This document shows positions 19,352 to 28,816 of a stretch of 64,000 nt of DNA, in pieces; positions within the stretch are counted from its first letter, which is position 1; every line of letters begins with the position of its first letter. The position numbers and the translations under genes are program-made. Below the pieces are notes generated by a model. It worked only from the letters and a program-made list of their open reading frames with translations. It was not told the DNA's origin and did not search any database. Location of the stretch: positions 20,740 through 84,739 of the forward strand of contig JALHMH010000019.1 of NCBI GenBank assembly GCA_022844165.1, in the 5' to 3' direction. Source of the DNA: Lysobacterales bacterium. Lineage in GTDB: Bacteria > Pseudomonadota > Gammaproteobacteria > Xanthomonadales > SZUA-5.

Positions 19352-19851
19352 GCGAACTGGCGAGGAAAATTTGCCTGATGGGCGACTTTGGTGTCGGCAA
19401 GTCCAGCCTTGTCGCTCGCTTCGTGCGCAATACGTTCTCCGAAAAGTACCTGACAACCGTCGGCGTGAAGGTCGATAGCAAAGAAGTGACCGTCGATCGT
19501 CGAAACGTCAAGCTGGTGGTTTGGGATCTGGCGGGAAAAGCGGAACTCGATAGTTTGAACAAGTCTTATATCCGCGGCGCGCACGGCTTGATGCTGGTGG
19601 TCGATGGCACACGCGAGGCGTCGCTCCGTGCTGCGCTGTACCTATGGATGCAATCGCAGAAGCAACTGGCGCAGGTACCTGTCGTCATGCTGATCAACAA
19701 ACTCGACCTGATCGACAAGTGGGAAGTTTCGTCAGCAGATATCGTGCGGCTGTCCGAGAGTGTGCCGACTTTTCGTACCAGCGCGTTGTCGGGCGAAGGC
19801 GTCGAGGCGGCGTTCGCCGCACTCGCCAAGCGCCTGGTGGAGTCGGTATGA
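19348..19851 (+). CDS. Ras-superfamily (Rab-like) small GTPase
   Basis: G1 GDFGVGKSS, G2 YLTTVGV, G3 WDLAG, G4 NKLD, G5 TSAL; GTG start overlaps the upstream TGA. Confidence 0.92.
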   Translation: MSELARKICLMGDFGVGKSSLVARFVRNTFSEKYLTTVGVKVDSKEVTVDRRNVKLVVWDLAGKAELDSLNKSYIRGAHGLMLVVDGTREASLRAALYLWMQSQKQLAQVPVVMLINKLDLIDKWEVSSADIVRLSESVPTFRTSALSGEGVEAAFAALAKRLVESV

Positions 19852-21389
19852 GCAAGCGTGCTGAGTTGGCACAGACGGCGCTGATGCGCTTTTTGACGGA
19901 ACGGGCAAAACCCGTGATCCTGACGGTTTATCGGCAGCGCCAGGTGATTGAGGTCGAAGGCGACCCGGCGGTGTATGGTTTTCGAAATGGCGATTTCAGC
20001 GCGGTTCTGGAATTGGTCCGAAACTTGCTGGTTGGTGGCGATGCCAGCCGGCCGTCGGTTTGGCCGTTGGTTGATATTGGCAACAGACGGCATACGGGAA
20101 TTTTGTGGGTGCCGGATACGCCCAACGACTTCATCATCATCACCGATGCCGAACTGTGCGGTGAGGAATTGAGCGAGCGTCAGCAGGCGGCAAATGAACT
20201 CGCGTTGGTCAACATCGAAAAGTCGAAGACGATTCGCGAATTGAAACTCGTGCGCGACGAGTTGCAGGCAAAAACAACAGCACTGACTGAAACACATCGC
20301 TTTCAGCGCCGGCTGGTCGACACGCTATCACACGATCTGCGGACGCCCCTTACATCGATCAGCGGTTACGCCGCGCTGCTGGAGCCGCACCTGGCCGAGA
20401 ATCCGGTCACCATGCGCGCACTGAACGCAATCCAGCGAAACGCGACATATCTCAAGACGCTGGCCGAGAACTTGCTGCATCTGGCGGCCGCCGACAACAA
20501 CAATGCACCGTTGCAATCCCATCCGTTCGCGCTCGATCAATTGGCCGACGACATCGAGTCGATCATGCGACCAATGGCCGACAGCAAGCGCCTGCGTCTA
20601 AGCGTCGATTGGCAGTCCACCGCTCAGAAAATGCCGGTCTTCGACGATCTGCGCTTACGCCAGATTCTGCTGAATCTGGTGTCGAATGCTGTGCGTTACA
20701 CGCGCGAGGGCAGGGTCGATGTGGAACTGATGTACGACGGTGAACAGTTGATTGCGCGGGTTACAGACACCGGGATTGGTATCGCGCCTGAGTTCCACGA
20801 CAGTATTTTTGAGCCACTCAATCGGGGTGCCCAACAGGGTTGCGAAGGGGCCGGTCTGGGGCTCTCGATCGTGCGGCAATTGGTCGAAAAAATGGGTGGC
20901 AAGATCACTTTCCAATCGGCCGTTGGTATTGGTACGCGTTTTCAGGTGCTCGTTCCTGAGCAAACGCCAAGCGAAAACGTACCGCCTGTCACCGATCGCG
21001 CCGAGCCGCCTTTGCGTATCCGCAGTGAACGCGTCGTCATTGTCGATGACGACCCGGATGTTGCGGAGATGCTGGTCTGGTCGCTGCACGAGGTTGGTTT
21101 TGTGCCCCGACTGATGCACGATCCAGACGCCGTTTACCAACACGTCGCCGAGCAGCCGCCGGGCCTGATGATCATCGATGTTGATCTGGGTATGCGCTCG
21201 GGCCTGGCAGTCACTCAGGAACTGCGCCTGCGAGGTTACACAGGCTCGATCATTGTTTTTTCCGGCGCCAACAACACCAATACGCGGCAGGCAGCAAAAG
21301 CGGCTGGCGCAGACGCGTTTCTTGCCAAGCCGCTGGATATGCCCAAGTTTCTCTCCTGGATGAAACGGCTCTTGCCGTCGTCGGATTAG
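19848..21389 (+). CDS. Soluble hybrid sensor histidine kinase/response regulator
   Basis: H-box SHDLRTPL, N-box NLVSNAVRYT, DTGIGI, GAGLGLSIV, C-terminal REC (VDDD...IDVD...LAKP); no TM; ATGA overlap with the GTPase. Confidence 0.92.
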   Translation: MSKRAELAQTALMRFLTERAKPVILTVYRQRQVIEVEGDPAVYGFRNGDFSAVLELVRNLLVGGDASRPSVWPLVDIGNRRHTGILWVPDTPNDFIIITDAELCGEELSERQQAANELALVNIEKSKTIRELKLVRDELQAKTTALTETHRFQRRLVDTLSHDLRTPLTSISGYAALLEPHLAENPVTMRALNAIQRNATYLKTLAENLLHLAAADNNNAPLQSHPFALDQLADDIESIMRPMADSKRLRLSVDWQSTAQKMPVFDDLRLRQILLNLVSNAVRYTREGRVDVELMYDGEQLIARVTDTGIGIAPEFHDSIFEPLNRGAQQGCEGAGLGLSIVRQLVEKMGGKITFQSAVGIGTRFQVLVPEQTPSENVPPVTDRAEPPLRIRSERVVIVDDDPDVAEMLVWSLHEVGFVPRLMHDPDAVYQHVAEQPPGLMIIDVDLGMRSGLAVTQELRLRGYTGSIIVFSGANNTNTRQAAKAAGADAFLAKPLDMPKFLSWMKRLLPSSD

Positions 21390-23407
21390 AAGAGGACGCG
21401 AACGCCGGCCGTGACATTGCGGCCCGGCAGTGGCGCGCGATCCTTGAGGAAGGACGTGTGCAAGCGCGCGTCTTCATCGCTGAGGTTGTCGCCTTTCAGG
21501 TACAGATCGAAACTCGCTTGCTGTGCGTCAATCCGGTAACTGAGCGCGGCGTTCCATAGCGTGAAAGCGTCCGTTTCGCTTTCGAACTGAGCAGTCCGAT
21601 CCTGTTCGAAGTAGTGCACTGGTCCAGCGCTGGCGCGCCACGGACCTAGGTGCCAACGCACTTCAGCGCCGAATCGCGATTGGGGGATGCGTGGTAAGTC
21701 GTCGCCATCATCGATTCGCGCGCGGACCGTATCGGCGAATGCGCGAAGATCGAAGTGGCCGTTGTCCGTCTCGCTCAAGTGCCACACACCTTCTGCCTCA
21801 AAACCGGTAAAACGCGCATCGTCTTGTGACCACTCGCGCACCGGCAATTCATCTTCTTCCTCGCTTGTATCGGCCAAGAAAATGAAGTCGTCGAAACGGG
21901 CATGGAACGCGCTGACGCTGCCGTTGAAACGCTCGCCGCGGTACTTGAGACCAATCTCGAATTGGTTTGCGATTTCTTCGTCGAGATCTGCATCGCCAAT
22001 TTCGAAACTTCCGGTGGCGATGTGCGGGCCATCGGAAAACAACTCTTCGCTGTTCGGCAAACGCACGGCACGGTCTACGCCGACGTTCAGTGTCAGTCCG
22101 TCCATCAGATCGAACGATGCGCCCACTGCGGCGCTAAATCCGGAATGATCGGCGCTGGCGCCTTCGATATCGATAGCTTGAGTGTCGTAGCGCGCCCCAA
22201 GCTCCAGTCGCCACGTGCCGTAGTCTTTGCCTTCCAGCAAAAACAAACCGAACTGCTCGGTATCGCTGGGCGGAACAAAAGCCTCTTCGCCGGTGGCCGA
22301 AAAGTCCCGTTGCGTGAAGGTCAAGCCATAGGCGCCGCGCCAGCCGCCGATCTCGCCATGCACAATGTCCAGGCGGCCGGTCAGTTCCTGGTTGTCGAAC
22401 TCGGTACCGATTTCGTCACCTTCCAGTTCTACGTGGCCGTAATCGTTGTGGCTCAAGCGCACGCGCAGGCTCTCGGCGCTGGCGAAGGGGTTGTCGATAC
22501 CGCCTTTCAGATCGATGCGCGTTTGCTCAAGATCCAGGCGAACAACTTCTTCTTCGTCCTCTTCGCCTTTGGCGAAGGCATCGCTGTACTCCTCTTCGTG
22601 GCCATGACCTGGGATGCCGTAGTTGCTGTCATAGCGCGAAATCGACACGCCCAGGAATCCGCCCTCGCCAATCAAACTGGCGCCAATCGCGCCACCCTTG
22701 GCTTCTTGCGATGAGTTCTCCAGCACGCCTTCCGGTTCGTCTTCATCGGCATCCATTTCCGCTCGGCCCCGAATGTCGTAGTCCTCCGTATCACGATAGA
22801 AAGCATCGGCATGCAATACGAAACCTTCGGAACCGACATCGATTCGCGCCATGCCAAAAACGCTGTCGGCAACCGTGTCGGTGCCAAGTTGCGCGCGACC
22901 GGAGAACCCGTCTTCAATCGCCTGCTCGGCGATTCGACCGTCGAGCACGTTGACCACGCCGCCGACCGAACCTGGCCCGTACAACAACGTGGTCGGGCCG
23001 CGAAGCACTTCGATCTGGTCGGCCAGGAAAGGCTCTATGGTCACAGCATGATCGACACTGACGGTCGATACGTCCATCGACGAAGTGCCGTCGCTCAGCA
23101 CCTGTACGCGCGCACCGTCCTGGCCACGAATGATCGGTCGCCCGGCACCGGGGCCGAAGTAGCTGTTGTGCACACCAGGCTCGCGCATCAAAGTTTCGCC
23201 GAGGGTGGCGGCCTTACGTTCATCCAGAACCGCTCCCGTCAGTACGGTGGCCGGTTGAATCAGATCGCCAAACGTACCCTGACGCGGATCGGCTTTGACG
23301 ACGACCGCATCCAGTGCTTTGGCGTGTTCGTCGCTGTGGTTTTCTGCTGCGATTGTGGCGCCAGCAAGAGATTGTGCGATAAAGATGACCAGAAGACGCT
23401 TGCGCAT
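21386..23407 (-). CDS. TonB-dependent receptor, ZnuD-like (probable zinc uptake)
   Basis: Signal peptide, TonB box, plug GRPIIRGQDGARV...DHAV, His/Glu-rich loop YGIPGHGHEEE, GPHIAT, terminal Phe; Zur-like site upstream. Confidence 0.85.
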   Translation of the reverse strand: MRKRLLVIFIAQSLAGATIAAENHSDEHAKALDAVVVKADPRQGTFGDLIQPATVLTGAVLDERKAATLGETLMREPGVHNSYFGPGAGRPIIRGQDGARVQVLSDGTSSMDVSTVSVDHAVTIEPFLADQIEVLRGPTTLLYGPGSVGGVVNVLDGRIAEQAIEDGFSGRAQLGTDTVADSVFGMARIDVGSEGFVLHADAFYRDTEDYDIRGRAEMDADEDEPEGVLENSSQEAKGGAIGASLIGEGGFLGVSISRYDSNYGIPGHGHEEEYSDAFAKGEEDEEEVVRLDLEQTRIDLKGGIDNPFASAESLRVRLSHNDYGHVELEGDEIGTEFDNQELTGRLDIVHGEIGGWRGAYGLTFTQRDFSATGEEAFVPPSDTEQFGLFLLEGKDYGTWRLELGARYDTQAIDIEGASADHSGFSAAVGASFDLMDGLTLNVGVDRAVRLPNSEELFSDGPHIATGSFEIGDADLDEEIANQFEIGLKYRGERFNGSVSAFHARFDDFIFLADTSEEEDELPVREWSQDDARFTGFEAEGVWHLSETDNGHFDLRAFADTVRARIDDGDDLPRIPQSRFGAEVRWHLGPWRASAGPVHYFEQDRTAQFESETDAFTLWNAALSYRIDAQQASFDLYLKGDNLSDEDARLHTSFLKDRAPLPGRNVTAGVRVLF

Positions 23408-23410
23408 AGT

Positions 23411-23437
23411 GTTACCTCATAACAGTTATAAGGTAAC
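23411..23437 (-). promoter_or_regulatory. Tandem Zur-box-like operator overlapping the RBS
   Basis: Minus strand GTTACCTTATAAC-T-GTTATGAGGTAAC: two GTTAY-N3-RTAAC cores forming a 27-bp near-perfect inverted repeat 3 nt before the ATG. Confidence 0.7.
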
Positions 23438-23489
23438 GATAGCGCCTTTTTTCGTCCGTGGGTATGAAGATGCGCCGGGTGCGCGACGA

Positions 23490-24674
23490 TCAGCCGTTCA
23501 GGAAACAGCTGACGGTATCGTTGAGATATCGATATCCAAGAGCGGTCGCTCGAATGGTGTTGCCGTTCTGCTCGATTAGCCCCCGCGCCAGCGCGTTCGC
23601 ATGACCTCTCCCGGCGAGCGCGCGCCCAGTGCGCTGTTCGAAGGTCTCGATGTCGAAACCGTTGGTGAGTCGTAACGCATTCAGGACGAACTCAAAGGGC
23701 AATTGTTCCGAGGCGATAATCCGGTCTTCAGCAATGCGCGACGCAGTGGCAAGATAGTCGTTCGGGTTGCGCACGCGCGTGCGGCGCCGAACCTGGAAGC
23801 CGCATTGATTTTCGTCGAACGTAGCCCGCTCGGTGCGAAGCGCAGGCGCGCTGGTCGTCTTGCTATGTGCACCGGCACCGATCGCGAGATAGTCGCCGAA
23901 GTTCCAGTAGTTCAGATTGTGTATCGAGCGCCGACCCTCCTTGGCGTAGGCGGAGACTTCGTATTGTCGCCATCCGGCAGCCGCGATGGCCGCCTGCGTG
24001 GCGTCCTGCATATCAGCCAATGCGTCGTCGTCTGGCAATTCGCGAGGCGGAAAACGTGCGAACACGGTTCCCGGTTCGAGCGTCAGCTGATAGTGCGACA
24101 AATGCTCTGGTGCCAGATCGCGCGCAGATTCAATATCGGCAAGCGCCAAGGCAATCGACTGAGCGGGCAGTGCGTACATCAGGTCGACGTTGATGTTATC
24201 GAATCCGGCAGCTCGCGCCATCCCAAACGCGCGTCGCGCTTCGGCGCCGCCGTGAATCCGGCCCAGGCGCTTCAGCGCCGCATCATCGAAACTCTGTACG
24301 CCAAACGAAAGTCGATTGACGCCGGCCTCCAGGTAGGCCTCGAAACGATCGAACTCCGCGGTACCCGGGTTGGTTTCCAGTGTGACTTCCGCACCCGGTG
24401 CTAAGCCGACGCGCTCGCGTACGCCTTCAAGAATGGCGCGCAGCGCCCCGCCGCTGAACAAACTTGGCGTACCGCCACCGAAAAACACCGAGATCAGTTT
24501 TCGTCCTTCGGCAAGCGGCGCCTCCTCCTCGAGATCGGCCAACAACGCGGCCACGTATCGTTCCTCCGGAATCTGCGCAGGCCGTTGATGCGAGTTGAAA
24601 TCGCAGTAGGGGCATTTGCGCACGCACCACGGGATGTGGATGTAAAGCGATAGCGGCGGCGGGAAAAATCTCAC
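23490..24674 (-). CDS. hemW: Radical SAM heme chaperone HemW
   Basis: LYIHIPWCVRKCPYCDFNSH, FFGGGTPS, YEVSAYA...HNLNYW; follows rdgB. Confidence 0.93.
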   Translation of the reverse strand: MRFFPPPLSLYIHIPWCVRKCPYCDFNSHQRPAQIPEERYVAALLADLEEEAPLAEGRKLISVFFGGGTPSLFSGGALRAILEGVRERVGLAPGAEVTLETNPGTAEFDRFEAYLEAGVNRLSFGVQSFDDAALKRLGRIHGGAEARRAFGMARAAGFDNINVDLMYALPAQSIALALADIESARDLAPEHLSHYQLTLEPGTVFARFPPRELPDDDALADMQDATQAAIAAAGWRQYEVSAYAKEGRRSIHNLNYWNFGDYLAIGAGAHSKTTSAPALRTERATFDENQCGFQVRRRTRVRNPNDYLATASRIAEDRIIASEQLPFEFVLNALRLTNGFDIETFEQRTGRALAGRGHANALARGLIEQNGNTIRATALGYRYLNDTVSCFLNG

Positions 24675-25282
24675 AGCAAGCGTTTCAGTTCCGCCAGAGC
24701 GCGTCCACGGTGGCTACGAAAGGCCTTGTCCGCGTGCAGCATTTGTGCGGCGCCCTTGCCCGTCTCTGGGTCAAAAAACACCGGATCGTAGCCGAAGCCG
24801 CCACTGCCCTGCGGCGCACGCAACAATTCGCCGCGCCAGATGCCCTGAGCGATCAATGGCAGTGGATCGTCGTGGCGTTGAATGAGTACCAGCACACACA
24901 CGAATTTGCAGCCACGCGCACCATCGGGAACATGCGCGGTGGCGCGCAGCAGTTTATCGATATGGGCCGCGTCGGGTTGTTGCTCGCCTGCGTAAACCGC
25001 GCTCTGCACACCGGGCGCGCCGAACAGGGCGTCGACCATCAATCCGCTGTCGTCAGCAAGCGTCGGCAGGCCAGTAGCTTGGGACACATGGCGGGCCTTG
25101 ATCAGGGCGTTTTCAACAAAACTGTTCGCCGGCTCGGCTGGCGCTGTCAGGCCAAATTCGCTCGCGAGTTTGAGGTCCACATCGCCCAACATCGTTCTGA
25201 ACTCGGCCAGTTTGCCAGGGTTGTGGGAGGCGAGAACCCAGGTTGGCGGCGATACACGTTGGGCGGACACATCCGGGTTCAT
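24671..25282 (-). CDS. rdgB: dITP/XTP pyrophosphatase RdgB
   Basis: [43 protein letters not shown]. Confidence 0.95.
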   Translation of the reverse strand: MNPDVSAQRVSPPTWVLASHNPGKLAEFRTMLGDVDLKLASEFGLTAPAEPANSFVENALIKARHVSQATGLPTLADDSGLMVDALFGAPGVQSAVYAGEQQPDAAHIDKLLRATAHVPDGARGCKFVCVLVLIQRHDDPLPLIAQGIWRGELLRAPQGSGGFGYDPVFFDPETGKGAAQMLHADKAFRSHRGRALAELKRLL

Positions 25283-26436
25283 TGTTTGCCGGCGAACAAC
25301 TCGCGCCCGATCAGCATGCGGCGGATTTCCTGGGTGCCTGCGCCGATCTCGTAGAGTTTCGCGTCGCGCAAGAATCGCCCGGCGGGATAGTCATTGATGT
25401 AGCCGTTGCCGCCCAGCGCCTGGATCGCCTCCAGGCTCACCTCGACAGCGGCCTTCGAGGCGTACAACAAACAACTTGCAGGGTCGACACGCGAGTACTT
25501 TCCGGCATCGTAGTCTTGCGCGACGCGATAGGCATAAGCACTGGCCGATTGCCAGGCCGTGTACATGTCCGCGAGCTTGGCTTGCATGATGCCGAAGGTA
25601 CCGATTGGCTGATCGAACTGCTTACGTTCGCGCACATATCCCAGCGTCAGCTCGAGCGCGGCTTGCATCAGTCCGAGAGGCCCACCGCTGAGCACTAGTC
25701 GCTCCGTGTTCAAGCCGCTCATTAATACTTTGACCCCGTGATCGACGTCTCCGAGGACGTTCTCATCAGGGATTTCGCAGTCCTCGAAGACCAGCTCGCA
25801 GGTGTTCGAGCCGCGCATGCCGAATTTGTCGAGTTTTTGCGCGGTGCGGAAACCCGCCATGCCTTTTTCAACAATGAACGCGGTCATGCAGCGCGAGCCT
25901 TGCGCCTTCGGCGCCGTGCGCAAGTACACAACCAGCACTTCGGCGTCCGGGCCGTTGGTAATCCACATTTTCGACCCGTTTGCGATCCAACGATCGCCGC
26001 GCTTTTCGGCACGCGCACTCATCGAACCGACGACATCCGAGCCGGCACCGGGTTCGCTCATTGCCAGCGCGCCGACGTGCTCACCGCTGCACAGTTTCGG
26101 TAAGTACTTTTCGCGCTGCGCGCGGTTGCCGTTGTTGTACAGGTTCTGGACGCACAGGTTCGAATGTGCGCCGTAGGACAAACCCACCGAACCTGATCCG
26201 CGCGAGATTTCTTCAAGCGCGATCAGGTGCGCCAAGTAACCCATGCCGCTACCACCGAACTCCGGATCGACCGTGATGCCCAACAGGCCGAGATCACCGA
26301 GTTTTGGCCATAGATCGCGAGGGAAGCTGTTGCTGCGGTCGATCTCGTCGGCGCGAGGCGCCACCTCGCTGTCGACAAATCGGCGCACAGTCTCGCGCAA
26401 CATATCGATATCGTCGCCCAGGGACAGTGGCGTCAT
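25279..26436 (-). CDS. ivd: Isovaleryl-CoA dehydrogenase
   Basis: [46 protein letters not shown]. Confidence 0.92.
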   Translation of the reverse strand: MTPLSLGDDIDMLRETVRRFVDSEVAPRADEIDRSNSFPRDLWPKLGDLGLLGITVDPEFGGSGMGYLAHLIALEEISRGSGSVGLSYGAHSNLCVQNLYNNGNRAQREKYLPKLCSGEHVGALAMSEPGAGSDVVGSMSARAEKRGDRWIANGSKMWITNGPDAEVLVVYLRTAPKAQGSRCMTAFIVEKGMAGFRTAQKLDKFGMRGSNTCELVFEDCEIPDENVLGDVDHGVKVLMSGLNTERLVLSGGPLGLMQAALELTLGYVRERKQFDQPIGTFGIMQAKLADMYTAWQSASAYAYRVAQDYDAGKYSRVDPASCLLYASKAAVEVSLEAIQALGGNGYINDYPAGRFLRDAKLYEIGAGTQEIRRMLIGRELFAGKQ

Positions 26437-26774
26437 CACAGCGCTCCGTACTTACTTGGACCGCGAAGGCTACATCGCAAATGGCCGCAACGCTAAGGTC
26501 GGCTTCAAAACGCGGCTCATCTTGCCGCAAATCGAGGTGCTTGTCTTCACGATGAAAGCACGTTCGGGCAATGACGACGCAGCAAGTCGGTTGGCTGCTC
26601 GGTGCGGGATCTTGCAACCAGCGTCAGATTTCCCACGAGCAAGTGTGGCCGGTCAAAGCCCCATGCCGCTGCCATGGCTTCGCCTCAAGCGGATCCGTTG
26701 CTGTCTGGATCCTGCCCGTGATCGGTCAGGCTTGCCGATCAAGATTCAGCCTCCTGAGCAATGAGTGCGAACGC

Positions 26775-28121
26775 ATGGCAGGTCGCTTGATGTTGTCCAC
26801 GACGGCAAAGATGTTCCTCATCGGTCTGTTGTCTCTGCTGTTGATGATTCCGTTGGCTTTGGTCTATGACCTGGTGCGCGAACGGCAAGGATTGGCCATT
26901 GAGGCCGAGGCGACCATTGCGCGCGGGTGGGGCGGCGAGCAGCGGGTGTTGCTGCCGATGGTGCATCTGGCATTCGTTCGCGAACGGCTCGAAGGCAAAC
27001 AGCGCATTGTCGATCGCGAGGACCGCTGGTTGTCTGCGCGCGAGGCGAGCGCAAGCGCGACGCTTGGCGTTGAGTCGCGCACGCTCGGCATGTACTCGCT
27101 GCCGATTTATCGGGCCGATCTGAAGCTGCGGATGAATTTCGCGCCGGGCGCCGTCGCGGCACAGTTCGGCGGCGACGGTTGGCGACCGGTGGCCGCGCGA
27201 TTGGTGTTCGCGCCGGGCGATTTAACCGGGCTTCGCCAGGTGAGCACGCTGCGCGCGGGCGGCGCGGAAATGCAATTCAGTCCCGCCAGTGATCGCTTGC
27301 CGATCTCGCTGGGCGAAAGCCTGTACAGCGATGGCGATCGGGCGCTGTTGGAGGCGCCGTTGGGATCGCTGCTCGATGCGGCGTCCTTCGATCTCCAGCT
27401 CGACATCGAACTGGCTGGTGCCCGGCGCTTCGAGCTGATTCCCAATGCCAGCTCTTTCCGCTTCGAAGTCACGGGCGATTGGCCGCATCCTGGTTTTGCA
27501 GGCGGCGCATTGCCGCGTGAGCGAGACGTGCGAGGCGATGGATTCTCCGCCAACTGGCAGTTGTTGGACTTGTCGACCGGCCTGCCGCCGGTCACCTACA
27601 GCGCCGAAGTGCTGCGCAACTGGGGCGCCAAGGCCGTCGGCGTGCAGCTGGTGGAACCGGGTGGCTTGTACCAACAGAACGAACGCAGCGCCAAGTATGG
27701 TGTGCTGGTGCTGGCGCTCACGATGGCCGCGCTGTTTCTGACCGAAGTGTTGCTCGGTGTTCGTCTGCACGCGTTTCACTACGGGTTGGTGGGACTCGCT
27801 CTTGCGATGTTCTACTTGCTGCTGTTGGCGATCAGCGAACATGCGGGATTTGTTGCTGCCTATACCATTGCAGCCGCGGCGGTCGTCGCGATGGTCAGCG
27901 GCTATTGCGCAGCCGTGATGCGCTCATGGGCGCGTGGGTTGTTGGCCGGTTTTGTGCTCGCTCTGCTCAAGGGTTTCCTGTTTGTTTTGATTTCTGCAGA
28001 ACAACTATCGTTGCTGATCGGCGCATTGGGACTGACCTCGCTACTGGCGATTGCGATGTATCTGACACGCCGCATCGACTGGTACAGTTCGAGCAATCAC
28101 GAAACACCGGAGACCACGTGA
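26775..28121 (+). CDS. creD: Cell envelope integrity inner membrane protein CreD
   Basis: LLLMIPL...LVRERQ, WPHPGF.G..LP, YQQNERSAKYG, FYLLLLAISEH.GF, MYLTRRIDWY; start uncertain (26775 or 26790). Confidence 0.88.
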   Translation: MAGRLMLSTTAKMFLIGLLSLLLMIPLALVYDLVRERQGLAIEAEATIARGWGGEQRVLLPMVHLAFVRERLEGKQRIVDREDRWLSAREASASATLGVESRTLGMYSLPIYRADLKLRMNFAPGAVAAQFGGDGWRPVAARLVFAPGDLTGLRQVSTLRAGGAEMQFSPASDRLPISLGESLYSDGDRALLEAPLGSLLDAASFDLQLDIELAGARRFELIPNASSFRFEVTGDWPHPGFAGGALPRERDVRGDGFSANWQLLDLSTGLPPVTYSAEVLRNWGAKAVGVQLVEPGGLYQQNERSAKYGVLVLALTMAALFLTEVLLGVRLHAFHYGLVGLALAMFYLLLLAISEHAGFVAAYTIAAAAVVAMVSGYCAAVMRSWARGLLAGFVLALLKGFLFVLISAEQLSLLIGALGLTSLLAIAMYLTRRIDWYSSSNHETPETT

Positions 28122-28813
28122 TGATGATTCTCGCGATCGAGTGTTCGACTGAAGTTCTGTCGCTGGCTGTTTATGCGCATGGCGAAATTCACGAGCGCGT
28201 GGAACATTCTGGCCGGCGCCACGGCGACGTTCTGCTGCCTTTGATCGACGCCGTGCTCGATGCGGCGCGCATCGACAAGCTCAGTCTCCAGGCTGTCGCA
28301 TTCGGCCGCGGCCCAGGTGCGTTCACAGGCGTGCGCATGGCAGTGGCCGCGGCACAGGGCATTGCTTACGGCCTGGATATTCCCGCGATTCCAGTGTCTT
28401 CGTTGGCTGCACTGGCACAAGAGGGCTTCGATCGCGGCGCTGCGCCGCCGCTCCTGGCATTGGCCGACGCTCGAATGGGCGAGGTGTATGCCGGCTTCTT
28501 TGATGTTGGCGCCGATGGACTGGTGTATGCCATTGGCGACGAACGTCTCGCGGCGCCGGAGGCCATCAGCTTACCTGGCGATGACGTCTGGTGTGTGCTG
28601 GGTCCTGGCTTTCAGGCCTATCGGCAAGCGGTCGATAAGGCACTGGGCTACCGCGGCGATGGCATCAGCCGCAGCTGTTATCCGCAAGCCAGCACCATCG
28701 CCCGTCTCGCCGCGCGCGAGTTGCGCGAGGGCAGGGCGGTGCCAGCGCGTCTGGCATTGCCCGTTTATCTGCGCGACAAAGTTGCCCAAACCTCGGCCGA
28801 GCGTCGCCACTGA
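28118..28813 (+). CDS. tsaB: tRNA threonylcarbamoyltransferase subunit TsaB
   Basis: ILAIECST, GRGPGAFTGVR, DARMGEVY, PVYLRDKVA. Confidence 0.94.
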   Translation: MMMILAIECSTEVLSLAVYAHGEIHERVEHSGRRHGDVLLPLIDAVLDAARIDKLSLQAVAFGRGPGAFTGVRMAVAAAQGIAYGLDIPAIPVSSLAALAQEGFDRGAAPPLLALADARMGEVYAGFFDVGADGLVYAIGDERLAAPEAISLPGDDVWCVLGPGFQAYRQAVDKALGYRGDGISRSCYPQASTIARLAARELREGRAVPARLALPVYLRDKVAQTSAERRH

Positions 28814-28816
28814 GTG

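Noticed and set aside
19644-19847. ORF-track N-terminal extensions (kinase 19644; also 30791, 31843, 32166, 33514, 36577, 49836, 54130, 61732)
   Set aside because: They overlap neighbouring genes or precede better-supported starts (stop/start overlaps, RBS, or onset of family similarity).
21386-21389. 4-nt convergent stop overlaps (also 50641-50644)
   Set aside because: Common compact arrangement of convergent genes; no further signal.
26552-26774. Short ORF or N-terminal extension upstream of creD
   Set aside because: No RBS or motif support; CreD similarity starts near 26790; no clear cre-tag repeat seen.
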